64,000 nt of DNA. Source: Rhodospirillaceae bacterium (lineage in GTDB: Bacteria > Pseudomonadota > Alphaproteobacteria > JAEUKQ01). Where the stretch lies: contig JADKIX010000003.1 of assembly GCA_016722635.1 (NCBI GenBank), positions 155,543-219,542 of the forward strand. The letters are read 5' to 3'. A program made the translations under genes and the position numbers. Under the pieces are notes generated by a model that did not search any database, was not told the origin of the DNA, and saw nothing but the letters and a program-made list of their open reading frames with translations. Positions 51,101-60,902 of this stretch are shown piece by piece. Every line of letters begins with the position of its first letter. Within the stretch, counting starts at the first letter, position 1.

Positions 51101-53436
51101 AAAATAACCTGGAAATCAGCCACGCTATTTTCAGTAACATCCGCCCCTTTATTTGATTTGATGCCAATCAACGGATGTATTCCCCTAACTGGGAACGTCA
51201 ATGAGCGCATGACAGGCCGACCGCTGGGTTCAATAACCGATACGCTTAATTGTGCCTGAAGCGGTTGCTGGCTATCTGGCAATTGGAGAGGTAAAGAAAT
51301 ATTGGCTGTGCCATCCTTTTCTGTAGTGGTGGCTTCGGTTTGAACGATGACGGATTTAAAAGGTTCTTCAACCAACCCAAACTTATAGCCAGCAAATTCC
51401 GGGTATGGATCAGAATTTTGTTTGAAAACAATTTGTGTTTTAGCAACCAAATCCGCAGCTGGCGCACCATATAAATAGTCCGCTTTTAAGCTCACTGCGT
51501 AATTTTTATTGGGTTGAACGATGATATCTTTAAAATCCGCAGCTAAGCTGACTTCTAATTGGGCCGGTATTACTTCTTCAACCAAATAGCTAACCGTACC
51601 CACGGCGTCGCTTTTTGGATCAACATACCCTAAAACCCGCCAACGGCCTGTCAAACTATCTGTATTGGTAGGAATAGAAACTTCATATCCCCCAATCCCA
51701 CGGTCATTCACGACGAATTGGCTAGCCAAAACACCGTCCGGGCGGATAATTTGTAAAATCAAAGGAAGTTTGGTAGCGGCCAACCCTTGATTATTCCTTA
51801 ATAACCCGGCTAAGCGGATTGTTTCCCCTGGTCTGTAAACCCCACGATCCGTATAAAAATACAGATCATAATTTTTTGTATAAGAACGGCCGTTGACCCC
51901 ACGGTCACTTAAGTCAAAAGCAGCTTTGTTTAAATCCAGGAAAGAAAAATCATCGGCTTTGGCCGAGGTCATCATCACCATAGCAGGCGATCTGCCGCCT
52001 TGGCCCAACATAACCCCTGAGGCAAAGGTGGCTACCCCATCATTATTGGTCGTTACTTCTGCCAATTGCTCATTGTTGGTTGCATATAACTGAACTTTTA
52101 CTCCGACAGCTGCCTTACCCGTTTCTAAAGAACGGGCTGCAACCGTCAAGCCATTATCACTGCTGTACGTACTGATGCCTAAATCAGTGACAATAATCCA
52201 CTGGGTTGCCAAGGAATAATAATCTTCTTCCTCCCCCGCAGATGCCTGATCTTTCATTCCATTTTTATTTACCACCGATTTACCAGCAGTTAAAATATAA
52301 ACGCCTGGTTTCAACTGGTTCTTTACCATCTCTAATAAGGGGATGGAGGTAGTAACCCGTTGATTTTTTTGGCTTTCGATGGTGACTGTACCGTTCCAAA
52401 CAAGTTCGCCATACCGGTCAGATATTTCAGTCACATTATATTTTGCAATGTTGGCAAGAAAGTTATAACTGACAAAATCGTTTAACAGATTGCGATCATT
52501 AATCCGTAACAACTTTAAATAGGCTTCGTTATAATTTACAGAAATTAGAGGGACACCCGTACTGCCAATTTTGGGCAAAACATAGGCAGCATTTTTAAAG
52601 CCCAGGGAAAATGAACGGTCCGCCGCTGCAACATCTAACGTCCGATTTCTGGACAAGCCTTCGCCAGCCGAATTAGGCAATCCTTTTAAAAGATTAATTT
52701 TATATGCTTTCCCGTAAGCCAACCCGTCAATACATAATGATTTTTCATTTTGAACGGTGACGGAAAATTTTACCGTTGGCTCAACACGGATATAATCAGA
52801 CCATCTCACCGTATGAATGGTTGATAAATTGTCATTAAAATTGATACAAGCTTGCCGCTCATCCCCCACTTCAACGGTTGTAATGTTTTTGGGGTTGAAT
52901 TCTAAAACTTCTTTTAAATCATTGATTTTCTTAGCGATAACGGTATTGAACTTAAGTTCATTCGCTTTTGTGTACAACTCAAGCGCTTCTTTAGCGCTCG
53001 ATTGGGTATTTTCTTTTATGAGCAAATCGGCAATTTTAATCAAAGCGGCAGATTTTTCGGCATCCGTTAGATTAGTTGATAAATGATACAATTGGATATA
53101 AGAGGCAACCGCATAATAGGTATTGTTTATTTTTTCATATAGATTGGCTAGCTGTTGCCAGGTTTTCAGGTTTTTATCATCAACCTTTAAAGCCTTTTCG
53201 GTGTTTCTAATCGCCCCCGATATATCCCCTGCTTTTAAATCATTCTCTGCCTGTTTCAACCAATCATTAGCGCTGACATCAGCTACATTATTTCTTTTAA
53301 TCTTATCCATCAAATATTCGCTGCGACTTAACAAACTTTTGCTAAATATGTCATTTTGTGGCGGAACTTGACCCAAGCCTTCCGTACTGCCATACGTAAA
53401 AAGGATAAAGATAAAAAGAGAAATGATTTTTCTCAT
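48175..53436 (-). CDS. yfhM: bacterial alpha-2-macroglobulin family lipoprotein (YfhM-like)
   Basis: 1753 aa; Ig-like MG domains; thioester-domain region (CLEQ-like motif GCLEQITS present); operon with pbpC. Confidence 0.8.
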   Translation of the reverse strand: MRKIISLFIFILFTYGSTEGLGQVPPQNDIFSKSLLSRSEYLMDKIKRNNVADVSANDWLKQAENDLKAGDISGAIRNTEKALKVDDKNLKTWQQLANLYEKINNTYYAVASYIQLYHLSTNLTDAEKSAALIKIADLLIKENTQSSAKEALELYTKANELKFNTVIAKKINDLKEVLEFNPKNITTVEVGDERQACINFNDNLSTIHTVRWSDYIRVEPTVKFSVTVQNEKSLCIDGLAYGKAYKINLLKGLPNSAGEGLSRNRTLDVAAADRSFSLGFKNAAYVLPKIGSTGVPLISVNYNEAYLKLLRINDRNLLNDFVSYNFLANIAKYNVTEISDRYGELVWNGTVTIESQKNQRVTTSIPLLEMVKNQLKPGVYILTAGKSVVNKNGMKDQASAGEEEDYYSLATQWIIVTDLGISTYSSDNGLTVAARSLETGKAAVGVKVQLYATNNEQLAEVTTNNDGVATFASGVMLGQGGRSPAMVMMTSAKADDFSFLDLNKAAFDLSDRGVNGRSYTKNYDLYFYTDRGVYRPGETIRLAGLLRNNQGLAATKLPLILQIIRPDGVLASQFVVNDRGIGGYEVSIPTNTDSLTGRWRVLGYVDPKSDAVGTVSYLVEEVIPAQLEVSLAADFKDIIVQPNKNYAVSLKADYLYGAPAADLVAKTQIVFKQNSDPYPEFAGYKFGLVEEPFKSVIVQTEATTTEKDGTANISLPLQLPDSQQPLQAQLSVSVIEPSGRPVMRSLTFPVRGIHPLIGIKSNKGADVTENSVADFQVILVGQNGKQQNFDNLKWRLVKENYRYQWFYHSGYWDYKVSIQEEEVGSGKLSGSENAPAILSTKFGWGRYRLEVFNEEGTSASSIRLYAGWGWGLESADTPDKLEIAADKPSYLPGEKAKISIRAPFKGELLLNVATDKIISSQNVAVSPEGVVVEIPVSKDWGAGAYIVATAFRPGSTADKGPGRAIGVAWLGLNKDVYKIGVSISVPDKVEPNQQITIPVKVSGLQNGQPAFITVAAVDEGVLSLTDFVSPDPLQYFFGRRMLGVDLRDLYGQLIDGKSRRRGQIREGGDASAEKGAPSLVKLVALYSGMVQVDAQGNAAVKFDLPDYNGKLRIMAVVHTQDKVGSASANLIVRSPLVTTMNMPRFLALGDKSQFVLSIQNMDALPGLYKISLTSPGKEIQLSEQQAVFQTELNQSQQINQVIAVQADKLGVASIKLKVEGPNGFSLERQFAIRIRSAQAAQTERTVQLLNTGESFKLEASYFTRFVPETVSFKPSISNRPNFDVAGLLDELDRYPYGCLEQITSRALPLVYLFELAQKWDVGITDNPEEIKGKIERALQLLTEKQRFDGSFGLWSSGSNPEPWLSAYVIEFMARAKAKGFAVPDLSYRQGLSWLAKHAEDYQLTNSSALSSRAYALYVLAYTGAGDISTAKYFYDTYLKTLPDALSIAHVAAALSLYGDQERATAGFKMALARYEGNIASWADYGSSIRDLAAIISLTSESKVPTINYSTELNRLVGLLQKRYYLSTQEQVWLVMAARSLAGENEPLNVVVNQSQKMSGLKPSLPNQSFADLSKQGFSVTNAGSPMWVAASVTGVPVQPLPALSNGFIISKRFYDLDGKEIELSNMKQTDIVVVVIEGMAMHKPWNQTLIVDLLPAGLELENSRLANTNSLKDIEWLKDDISVLDHVEYLDDRFVAALTTQEGQKFKVAYMARVITPGTYMLPAVQIEAMYQPEIRARGEILKIIINPFKLQK

Positions 53437-53690
53437 GTCAGGGTTCCTTCAGTAAATTCGCTATAATTTAGGTTAATAAAATTTCTAATTAATTACTTTA
53501 AATCTGCCTTAAATCCATATTCACGTAAAATGATCACTTTAATTTGGATATCATGTATATTAAATTCGCAATTGTGTCAAAAATGTGTTTACCAGGCTAT
53601 AATGGATATTCTTAATACTTGCCTATGATCCATATCATAAAATTTATTCAAAAAGACAGAGTTGTTGGGAAATTTGAATAAAAAAACTTC

Positions 53691-54959
53691 TTGAGTAAGC
53701 GCAAGTGGGGTAAAGAAATGATGGTTTTTCGTTGGGTTTTATTTAGTATTATTGTTGAGATTCTTTTCGCTTATGCCTTGCTTTTCGCGCAACAGCCACC
53801 TTTACATAACAAAGATTTTATAATGTGGATAAACCAGTTCCGCCAGGAAGCGGTAGAGGCTGGGATTAGCCAACAAACAATTGATTTAGCTTTTCATAAC
53901 ATTGCCTTACTACCCCAAGCGATAGCCCTTGATCAGAAACAACCGGAATTTTTACAGAGTTTTAACCAATATTATCAAATGCGCGTCACCAATAAGATAA
54001 TGTTAGAAGCCAGAAATTTACGTCAAAAAAACCGCTCGCTTTTAAGGCAGCTTTATAAAAACTATGGGGTGCCAGAGCAGTATCTCATAGCCTTTTGGGG
54101 ACTGGAGAGTCGTTTTAGTAAAATTATGGGAAATTTCCCTGTTATCCAGGCCTTAGCCACCTTAGCTTTTGAAGGAAGACGGGAGAAGTTTTTCAAAGCT
54201 GAGCTGATAGCAGCCCTCAAAATCATTGATCGGCAATTAATCCCTTTGGAAATATCACAGTTTAAAGGTTCATGGGCTGGGGCATTTGGTGGTATTCAAT
54301 TTATCCCAACCACTTTTCTTAAATTTGCCGTTGATTGGGATCGGGATAAGAAAATTGATCTATGGCATAACCCCCAAGATATTTTGGCTTCAGCTGCCAA
54401 TTATTTAAGTGCCATGGGATGGGATAAAAATATTAGCTGGGGGCAAGAAATTATTTTACCTAAGGATTTTCCTTATGAACTAGCTGAAACCGATATTTTA
54501 AAACCACTTTCATACTGGAAAAGCCTTGGAATTAAAGCCGCTGATCCAAAACCTTTTCCTGCCAATGATCCGATGGCTGCAGTGCTGATGCCGATGGGTG
54601 CCGACGGGCCGGTTTTTTTAATATATGCCAATTTTTATCTTATACTAAAATGGAATAACTCTCTTTACTATGCTTTAACTGTTGGAATTATGGCTGATAA
54701 AATTGTTGGTTATAAAGGGCTCAGCTGGGTTGTCCCGACATCCTTTCACCCAATATCTTTTAAAGAATTATTATTGGTTCAATGTTATTTAAACCAATCA
54801 AATTTATTGTCAGAAACAGCTGATGGTAAATTAGGCCTTAAAACACGTTTGGCAATCCGGGTACTACAAAAAAAACTGGGCCTTAGACAAGACGGTTATC
54901 CCAACAAAATTCTTTTGCAATATATCACATTAAACGCTTCGGATTCTTGCAAAGAATGA
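53691..54959 (+). CDS. lytic murein transglycosylase (MltB-like) with C-terminal peptidoglycan-binding domain
   Basis: Catalytic Glu region FWGLESRFS; C-terminal PG_binding_1 repeat DGKLGLKTRLAIRVLQKKLGLRQDGYP. Confidence 0.7.
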   Translation: MSKRKWGKEMMVFRWVLFSIIVEILFAYALLFAQQPPLHNKDFIMWINQFRQEAVEAGISQQTIDLAFHNIALLPQAIALDQKQPEFLQSFNQYYQMRVTNKIMLEARNLRQKNRSLLRQLYKNYGVPEQYLIAFWGLESRFSKIMGNFPVIQALATLAFEGRREKFFKAELIAALKIIDRQLIPLEISQFKGSWAGAFGGIQFIPTTFLKFAVDWDRDKKIDLWHNPQDILASAANYLSAMGWDKNISWGQEIILPKDFPYELAETDILKPLSYWKSLGIKAADPKPFPANDPMAAVLMPMGADGPVFLIYANFYLILKWNNSLYYALTVGIMADKIVGYKGLSWVVPTSFHPISFKELLLVQCYLNQSNLLSETADGKLGLKTRLAIRVLQKKLGLRQDGYPNKILLQYITLNASDSCKE

Positions 54960-55017
54960 AAAAACTATGATTTTTTCTAACAAATGCTTGGTTCGTTAAA
55001 TAAGGGGGGCTTAAAAC

Positions 55018-55746
55018 TTACCATTTGCCCCTAGCACCGCCGCCGCCAGATGAACCGCCGCGTCCAGAAAAACCACTTGACCGGGAACGATTCGATGAAG
55101 ATGGACCCATCATGGTATTTGGAAATCCCCCTCCACCGCCGCCCCTTCGGTTTCTTATAAAGAACATAATAAGGAAAAAGAATAAAAACGGCCCCAATAC
55201 AAACCAGGATATTTCATCATCATTTTCTTTTTGATTAACTGCTTTACCGGTTGCAATATACCCTCCATCCAATGCCAACATAATAGAGTTGACACTCTCA
55301 AAAATCCCTGCCTCATATTCGCCTTTTTTAAAAAATGGGATAATTTTTTCTTGGATAATATCATGGCTGATAGCATCGGTTAGGGTTCCCTCTAATCCAT
55401 ATCCAACCTCAATGTCTACTTCTCGATCATCAATTGATATCAATAAAAGGACACCGTTATTTTGCCCTTGAACACCTAATTGCCAGTGACGTAATAACCC
55501 AACCGCATATTCGGCGATATCATGACCTTCCAAAGAACGGACAATAGCAACCACTACCTGATTGGACGTTTTTTGCTCATGTTTTTCCAGAATAATCGAA
55601 AGTTGATCCTTCTGGGCAGGCGTCAAAATACCGGCTTGGTCAACCACTCGGCCGGTTAAAGATGGGTAAGTCGGTGGTGCCCCAAAAATATTTGGTGAAC
55701 TAAGGCTGCTTAAACAAAAAATTAAAAAGGCAAAAATATATTTCAC
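55018..55746 (-). CDS. TPM-domain (YgcG-like) protein with TM helix and Gly/Ser-rich C-terminal tail
   Basis: Signal peptide, TPM phosphatase-like domain, TM, GGGGGG/SSGGGG tail; downstream of lemA. Confidence 0.6.
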   Translation of the reverse strand: MKYIFAFLIFCLSSLSSPNIFGAPPTYPSLTGRVVDQAGILTPAQKDQLSIILEKHEQKTSNQVVVAIVRSLEGHDIAEYAVGLLRHWQLGVQGQNNGVLLLISIDDREVDIEVGYGLEGTLTDAISHDIIQEKIIPFFKKGEYEAGIFESVNSIMLALDGGYIATGKAVNQKENDDEISWFVLGPFLFFFLIMFFIRNRRGGGGGGFPNTMMGPSSSNRSRSSGFSGRGGSSGGGGARGKW

Positions 55747-55767
55747 GAAATATCCTTTGGTGCAACT

Positions 55768-56418
55768 TTAATTAAACTGTACGGTGGGTGCCGTTTGCAC
55801 CGCAGGATCGATGGTGAAGTTAGGCATGGGCTTCGCATCTGGATACAACCAGGCGGCAATCCAACGCCCGGGAATGGATAATATGGCAGTATTATATTGC
55901 TGAACAGCCAGAATAAAATCACGTCTAGCCACCGCAATCCGGTTTTCCGTTCCTTCTAATTGCGATTGCAACGCCAAGAAATTTTTATCGGCTTTTAAAT
56001 TCGGATAGCTTTCGGCAACCGCCATTAACCGGCTAAGGCTGCCTTGCAGCTGTTGTTGGCTTTCTTGGAAGACCCTCATGGCTTCAGGATTGGTGAGGGC
56101 ATCACCTGATAATTGAATGGTGCCAATTTTCGCCCGCGCTTCAACAACCGCCTGCAAGGTTGCCTGTTCATGACTAGCATACCCTTTAACCGTGGCTACT
56201 AAATTAGGTACCAAATCCGTACGACGTTGATAATTATTTAGAACTTGGCTCCATTTAGCCTGAACATCTTGCTGATAGGCAGGAATTTTATTTACTTGGG
56301 AAAATCCATAGGCTCCAACTGCTATAATAAGCCCCACAATGATGCCCAAAATGAGCCAGCCTTTTTTAGCAGGTTTTTTTTCAAGATTATCATCAGCTTT
56401 CACAATTGTTTTGTACAT
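55768..56418 (-). CDS. lemA: LemA-family protein
   Basis: N-terminal TM plus LemA four-helix region; conserved LemA-TPM gene pair. Confidence 0.7.
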   Translation of the reverse strand: MYKTIVKADDNLEKKPAKKGWLILGIIVGLIIAVGAYGFSQVNKIPAYQQDVQAKWSQVLNNYQRRTDLVPNLVATVKGYASHEQATLQAVVEARAKIGTIQLSGDALTNPEAMRVFQESQQQLQGSLSRLMAVAESYPNLKADKNFLALQSQLEGTENRIAVARRDFILAVQQYNTAILSIPGRWIAAWLYPDAKPMPNFTIDPAVQTAPTVQFN

Positions 56419-56668
56419 TTCAATTTCCCCCTATTTGTTGTTCGCATCTTAACATTTAATAAAGAATAATGATAGATATATACGGATATCTTCCTAGAAA
56501 TTCTGACCAAGAACGACCCCAATATAACGGTTTTAATTTATATGTTTCCCTATACTTTTTAATCCATTCATTTAATTTTTTTTAATTGCTGGCAGGACAA
56601 GCAACCTAGTTGCCAAATCACCTTTAAATAAACGCTTCTGCTATAAAGGTTTAAAAATCATTTTAAAT

Positions 56669-57316
56669 TTATTCGGCGTCTGGCTGATTTTGGGGAAGAG
56701 ATTTAAGAAAAGCGCTTTGTTTCAAACATTCTTGTTCAATCGATAATAAAGTTGGGTAGGTACCCATTGAGCAATTGAAGCGACGAGCGTTATAAAGCTG
56801 CGGAATCAAACAAATATCCGCCATACTCACCTGATCCCCGCAGCAAAAAATCCCTTTATATCTTGAAGTTGCAATAGTCTCTTCGAGTGGTTTTAAGCCC
56901 TGCTCAATCCAATGTTTATACCAAAGATTTACCTTGTCTTTTGGTTGCAACAGCTTTTCTTCCAAATATTTGAGCACCCGTAAATTATTCAAAGGATGAA
57001 TATCGCAAGCAATTTGATTGGAAATGGAGCGAACGTAAGCCCGTTGAACAGCATTTTTGGGTAAAATATGTGGCTTCGGATAAGTTTCCTCAATATATTC
57101 CAAAATTGCTAAGGATTGTGTTAGGGTATCTCCCCCATCCGTTTCCAAAGCGGGAACTAATCCTTGTGGGTTGATTTTTTTATAAGCATCCGTTTTTTGT
57201 TGCCCGCCATCTTTGGTTAAATGGATGGGGATTATTTGATAATCAATGTCTTTGACAGCCAAGGCTATCCTGACCCTAAAAGCGGCGGAGGAACGAAAAT
57301 AACTATAAAGCCTCAC
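56669..57316 (-). CDS. maiA: maleylacetoacetate isomerase (GST zeta)
   Basis: MRLYSYFRSSAAFRVRIAL...zeta-class GST N-terminus. Confidence 0.75.
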   Translation of the reverse strand: MRLYSYFRSSAAFRVRIALAVKDIDYQIIPIHLTKDGGQQKTDAYKKINPQGLVPALETDGGDTLTQSLAILEYIEETYPKPHILPKNAVQRAYVRSISNQIACDIHPLNNLRVLKYLEEKLLQPKDKVNLWYKHWIEQGLKPLEETIATSRYKGIFCCGDQVSMADICLIPQLYNARRFNCSMGTYPTLLSIEQECLKQSAFLKSLPQNQPDAE

Positions 57317-58128
57317 GCTGCAACCTTACGGTCTGAAGATAGAACATAGCCAGCCGGAATATCCGGTTTATCTTTCAATTCGTCGTAAATTGCCAATAGA
57401 TTCTGGCTTAATCCTTGGAAAAGCTGTTCAAAACTATCAATCACGAAATAACAATCTTGATATCTATCAATATAATAATCTGTCTGCATAACGCGCTTGA
57501 GGTCGAAAGCTATTCTTTTTGGCTTCGAATCTTCCAAGGAATAAATGGACTCGCCTTTTGACGAGACAATCCCTGCCCCGTAAATTCGCAATCCTTCCTT
57601 GCGCTTGATCAACCCAAATTCAATTGTATACCAAAATAACCGCGTCAGTTTTTTTAAATTTCCACTTTTCAAGGCCTGCAAGCCTGCCTGGCCGTAGGCT
57701 TGCATATATTCGGCATAAAAAGGTTGGGTCAGCAATGGTACATGCCCGAACGTATCATGAAAAACATCTGGTTCTTGCAGATAATCCATCTGATCTGGGC
57801 GACGGATAAAACAAGTGGAGACAAACCTTTTATTAGCCAAATGTTCGAAAAACACTTCATCCGGGATAATACAAGGCACTGGCACCACTTGCCAGCCCGT
57901 ATGCTTCATTAATATGTCACTTAAACGCCGAAAATCAGGAATCCCATTGGCAGCAACCTTTAACTTACTCAATCCATCCATAAATTCCGGAGTCGCCCGA
58001 TTCTTTAAAATTTCTGACTGTCGTTGGAATAAAGTTCTCCACATACCGTGTTCGGCGGAGGTATATTTTCCCCAATTTTGATCAATCGTCCAATCAGGAC
58101 GGTGTGGAATATCTTGATGCTGCATCAT
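57313..58128 (-). CDS. phhA: phenylalanine-4-hydroxylase
   Basis: Aromatic amino acid hydroxylase catalytic core with His/His/Glu iron ligands (HDTFGHVP...E). Confidence 0.8.
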   Translation of the reverse strand: MMQHQDIPHRPDWTIDQNWGKYTSAEHGMWRTLFQRQSEILKNRATPEFMDGLSKLKVAANGIPDFRRLSDILMKHTGWQVVPVPCIIPDEVFFEHLANKRFVSTCFIRRPDQMDYLQEPDVFHDTFGHVPLLTQPFYAEYMQAYGQAGLQALKSGNLKKLTRLFWYTIEFGLIKRKEGLRIYGAGIVSSKGESIYSLEDSKPKRIAFDLKRVMQTDYYIDRYQDCYFVIDSFEQLFQGLSQNLLAIYDELKDKPDIPAGYVLSSDRKVAA

Positions 58129-58234
58129 AATCCTCTCCGTTCAGGATATTTACATAGGTCAATCATTTGGGTTCATTATATGCCCTGGTCTTCTGATATG
58201 CAATATAACAAGGTAGTTTATAATAAACAGAACT

Positions 58235-60895
58235 CTACGAAACTAAATTCTGGATACGTTGCAATGCCTGAAGAATCTTTTTTTGTTTTTCTTCGGCTGC
58301 AGATAGTTTTTCCTTAACCTCTGTTACAACATCCTCATCAGCTTTTGCTAAAAATTGCTCATTAGCCAATTTGCCTGTTAATTTTTCTATGTCTTGGCCA
58401 TTGCGTATAGATTCTTTTGACAGACGGCTGCTTTCCGCCTGGATATCCAATACCCCTTGCAAATGTATGAAAACACTTACATCACCCAATACACTATGGC
58501 TTACCTGGCGTTCATTAAGGGGCTTTGTTACCCGTTCAATTTTTTCGACCCTGGCCAACCGTTTAATAATGGGTATGTAACTATCTAAACGTTGCCATTG
58601 CTTGACATCGGCTAACAACACACTGATGGCCAGAGTGGCTGCTGCTGGCACGTTCATTTCTGTGCGTATCGAGCGGATATGGGCAATTAAATCAATGATG
58701 AAATCGACATCTTCAATTGCTTGCGCGTCACTCTTTAATTTCAACTGCTCTGGCCATTTGGCAGAAATAAGCAATTGTTTGCCATTTGAAAAATGTTGCC
58801 AAAGTTCTTCTGTGACAAACGGCATGGATGGATGGAGCAATCTTAAAATATGGTTAAAGACCCATGCCACCGTTTTACGAGTTTCTTGCTGAATGTGAGG
58901 CTGAACATCCATTAACATGGGTTTGGCAAGTTCCAAATACCAATCGCAAAAGCGGCTCCAAACGAATTGATATAATATTTGGGCAGCGTCGTGAAAACGA
59001 TAACCGTTTAAGGCTTCGGTCATTTGCTTAATAACGGTTGATAAATGGGACAAAACCCACTGATTGATGGGTGATTGAACCGACTCAACATTAACCACTG
59101 CGTCATAGGCACATTCATTCATTTGGCAGAACCTGGCCGCATTCCAAATCTTGGTAACAAAATTACGGTGTCCTTCAACCCGTTCTTCCGATAATTTAAT
59201 ATCTTGGCCTGGCACTGCTTGCGAAGCCAAAGCAAAACGCAAAGCATCCGTTCCGTATTTATCAATCAAATCAATTGGATCGATGATATTTCCCTTGGTT
59301 TTAGACATTTTTTGGCCATGCTGATCCCGCACCAAAGCATTAATGTAAACGGTTTTAAAGGGTACTTCTTTCATAAAATACAGACCCATCATCACCATGC
59401 GGGCTACCCAAAAGAAAATGATATCAAAACCCGTAACCAAAACGTCGGTGGGGTAATACCGCTTTAAATCAGCTGTTTCTTCTGGCCACCCCAACGTTGA
59501 AAACGGCCATAAAGCAGACGAAAACCAGGTGTCTAACACATCTTCATCACGCTTTAGAGAAACATTCTTTTTATAATGGTTAAAGGCAAGCTTTTTCGCC
59601 TGATCTTCCGCTTCTGCAACAAATATCTTTTTATCCGGTCCATACCAAACCGGAATTTGATGGCCCCACCATAATTGTCTGGAAATACACCAGGGTTGGA
59701 TATTTTCCAGCCATTCAAAATAAACTTTTTCCCAATGCTGTGGCACAAAAACAATTTGGCCTTTCTTAACTGCATCAATAGCAGGTTGGACCAATTTTTT
59801 GGCATCCACATACCATTGATCAGTTAAGCGTGGTTCAATAATCACCCCGGAACGATCCCCCACGGGTATCATCAAGCCATGGTCTTCCACATGATCCAAC
59901 AACCCTAATTGCTCCAGTTCCTTTAAAACCAAATCCCTGGCTTTCTCACGGGATAATCCTATAAATTTCTGAGGGACTTGGTCATTCAAAATGGCTTGTT
60001 CGTTAAAAATATTGATTGGCTGTAATTTATGGCGTTGCCCAACCTCAAAATCGTTAAAATCATGGGCAGGGGTGATTTTGACAGCACCGGAACCTTTTTT
60101 AGGGTCACTATAGGCATCGGCAATAATAGGTATATGGCGGTCGGTTAAAGGCAATTTAAGCAGTTGACCCACGCTTTTGCGATAGCGTTTATCATCTGGG
60201 TTAATCGCCACTGCCACATCACCAAAAAGGGTTTCTGGGCGCGTCGTTGCCACCACAATATATTGGGTAGTGTCATTGAGATAAGGATAGCGTATAAAAT
60301 ATAATTTCCCCTTGGTTTCTTTATTAATGACCTCAAGGTCAGAAACCGCTGTTTGTAATTTAGGATCCCAATTAACCAGCCTTTTATCTCGGTAGATTAA
60401 TCCATCGTGATAAAGGGTGACAAATACCTTCGTAACAGCTTCACTTAGCCCTTGATCCATGGTGAACCGTTCACGCGACCAATCGGCTGAAGCCCCCAAA
60501 CGCTTTAATTGATCAACTATCATTCCGCCAGAATGTTCTTTCCATTCCCAAATTTTTTTTAAAAATTGGTCGCGCCCCATCTCGCGTCTTGATTGTTGTT
60601 TTTCCTCAAGCTGCCGTTCAACCACCATCTGCGTTGCAATGCCCGCATGGTCAGTACCTGCTTGCCATAAAACATCAAACCCCCTCATGCGGTGGTAACG
60701 GATTAAAATATCCTGAAGCGTAAAAGTTAGCGCATGCCCCATATGAAGACGACCCGTGACATTGGGTGGTGGCATCATAATGGTGTAAGGGGGAAGGTTC
60801 TTATTTTTTCCGGTTTTAAAACACAAGGAATCAGCCCAAATTTTGTACTGACGACTTTCACTATCTTTCGGTAAAAAGTGCTTATCAATAATCAT
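58235..60895 (-). CDS. valS: valyl-tRNA synthetase
   Basis: 886 aa class I aaRS; HMGH (PNVTGRLHMGHA) and KMSKT (QKMSKTKGN). Confidence 0.9.
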   Translation of the reverse strand: MIIDKHFLPKDSESRQYKIWADSLCFKTGKNKNLPPYTIMMPPPNVTGRLHMGHALTFTLQDILIRYHRMRGFDVLWQAGTDHAGIATQMVVERQLEEKQQSRREMGRDQFLKKIWEWKEHSGGMIVDQLKRLGASADWSRERFTMDQGLSEAVTKVFVTLYHDGLIYRDKRLVNWDPKLQTAVSDLEVINKETKGKLYFIRYPYLNDTTQYIVVATTRPETLFGDVAVAINPDDKRYRKSVGQLLKLPLTDRHIPIIADAYSDPKKGSGAVKITPAHDFNDFEVGQRHKLQPINIFNEQAILNDQVPQKFIGLSREKARDLVLKELEQLGLLDHVEDHGLMIPVGDRSGVIIEPRLTDQWYVDAKKLVQPAIDAVKKGQIVFVPQHWEKVYFEWLENIQPWCISRQLWWGHQIPVWYGPDKKIFVAEAEDQAKKLAFNHYKKNVSLKRDEDVLDTWFSSALWPFSTLGWPEETADLKRYYPTDVLVTGFDIIFFWVARMVMMGLYFMKEVPFKTVYINALVRDQHGQKMSKTKGNIIDPIDLIDKYGTDALRFALASQAVPGQDIKLSEERVEGHRNFVTKIWNAARFCQMNECAYDAVVNVESVQSPINQWVLSHLSTVIKQMTEALNGYRFHDAAQILYQFVWSRFCDWYLELAKPMLMDVQPHIQQETRKTVAWVFNHILRLLHPSMPFVTEELWQHFSNGKQLLISAKWPEQLKLKSDAQAIEDVDFIIDLIAHIRSIRTEMNVPAAATLAISVLLADVKQWQRLDSYIPIIKRLARVEKIERVTKPLNERQVSHSVLGDVSVFIHLQGVLDIQAESSRLSKESIRNGQDIEKLTGKLANEQFLAKADEDVVTEVKEKLSAAEEKQKKILQALQRIQNLVS

Positions 60896-60902
60896 CGATT
60901 TT

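Noticed and set aside
53818-53830. DnaA-box-like TGTGGATAA
   Set aside because: Single occurrence inside a coding region, no clustered boxes or AT-rich duplex-unwinding element; not an origin
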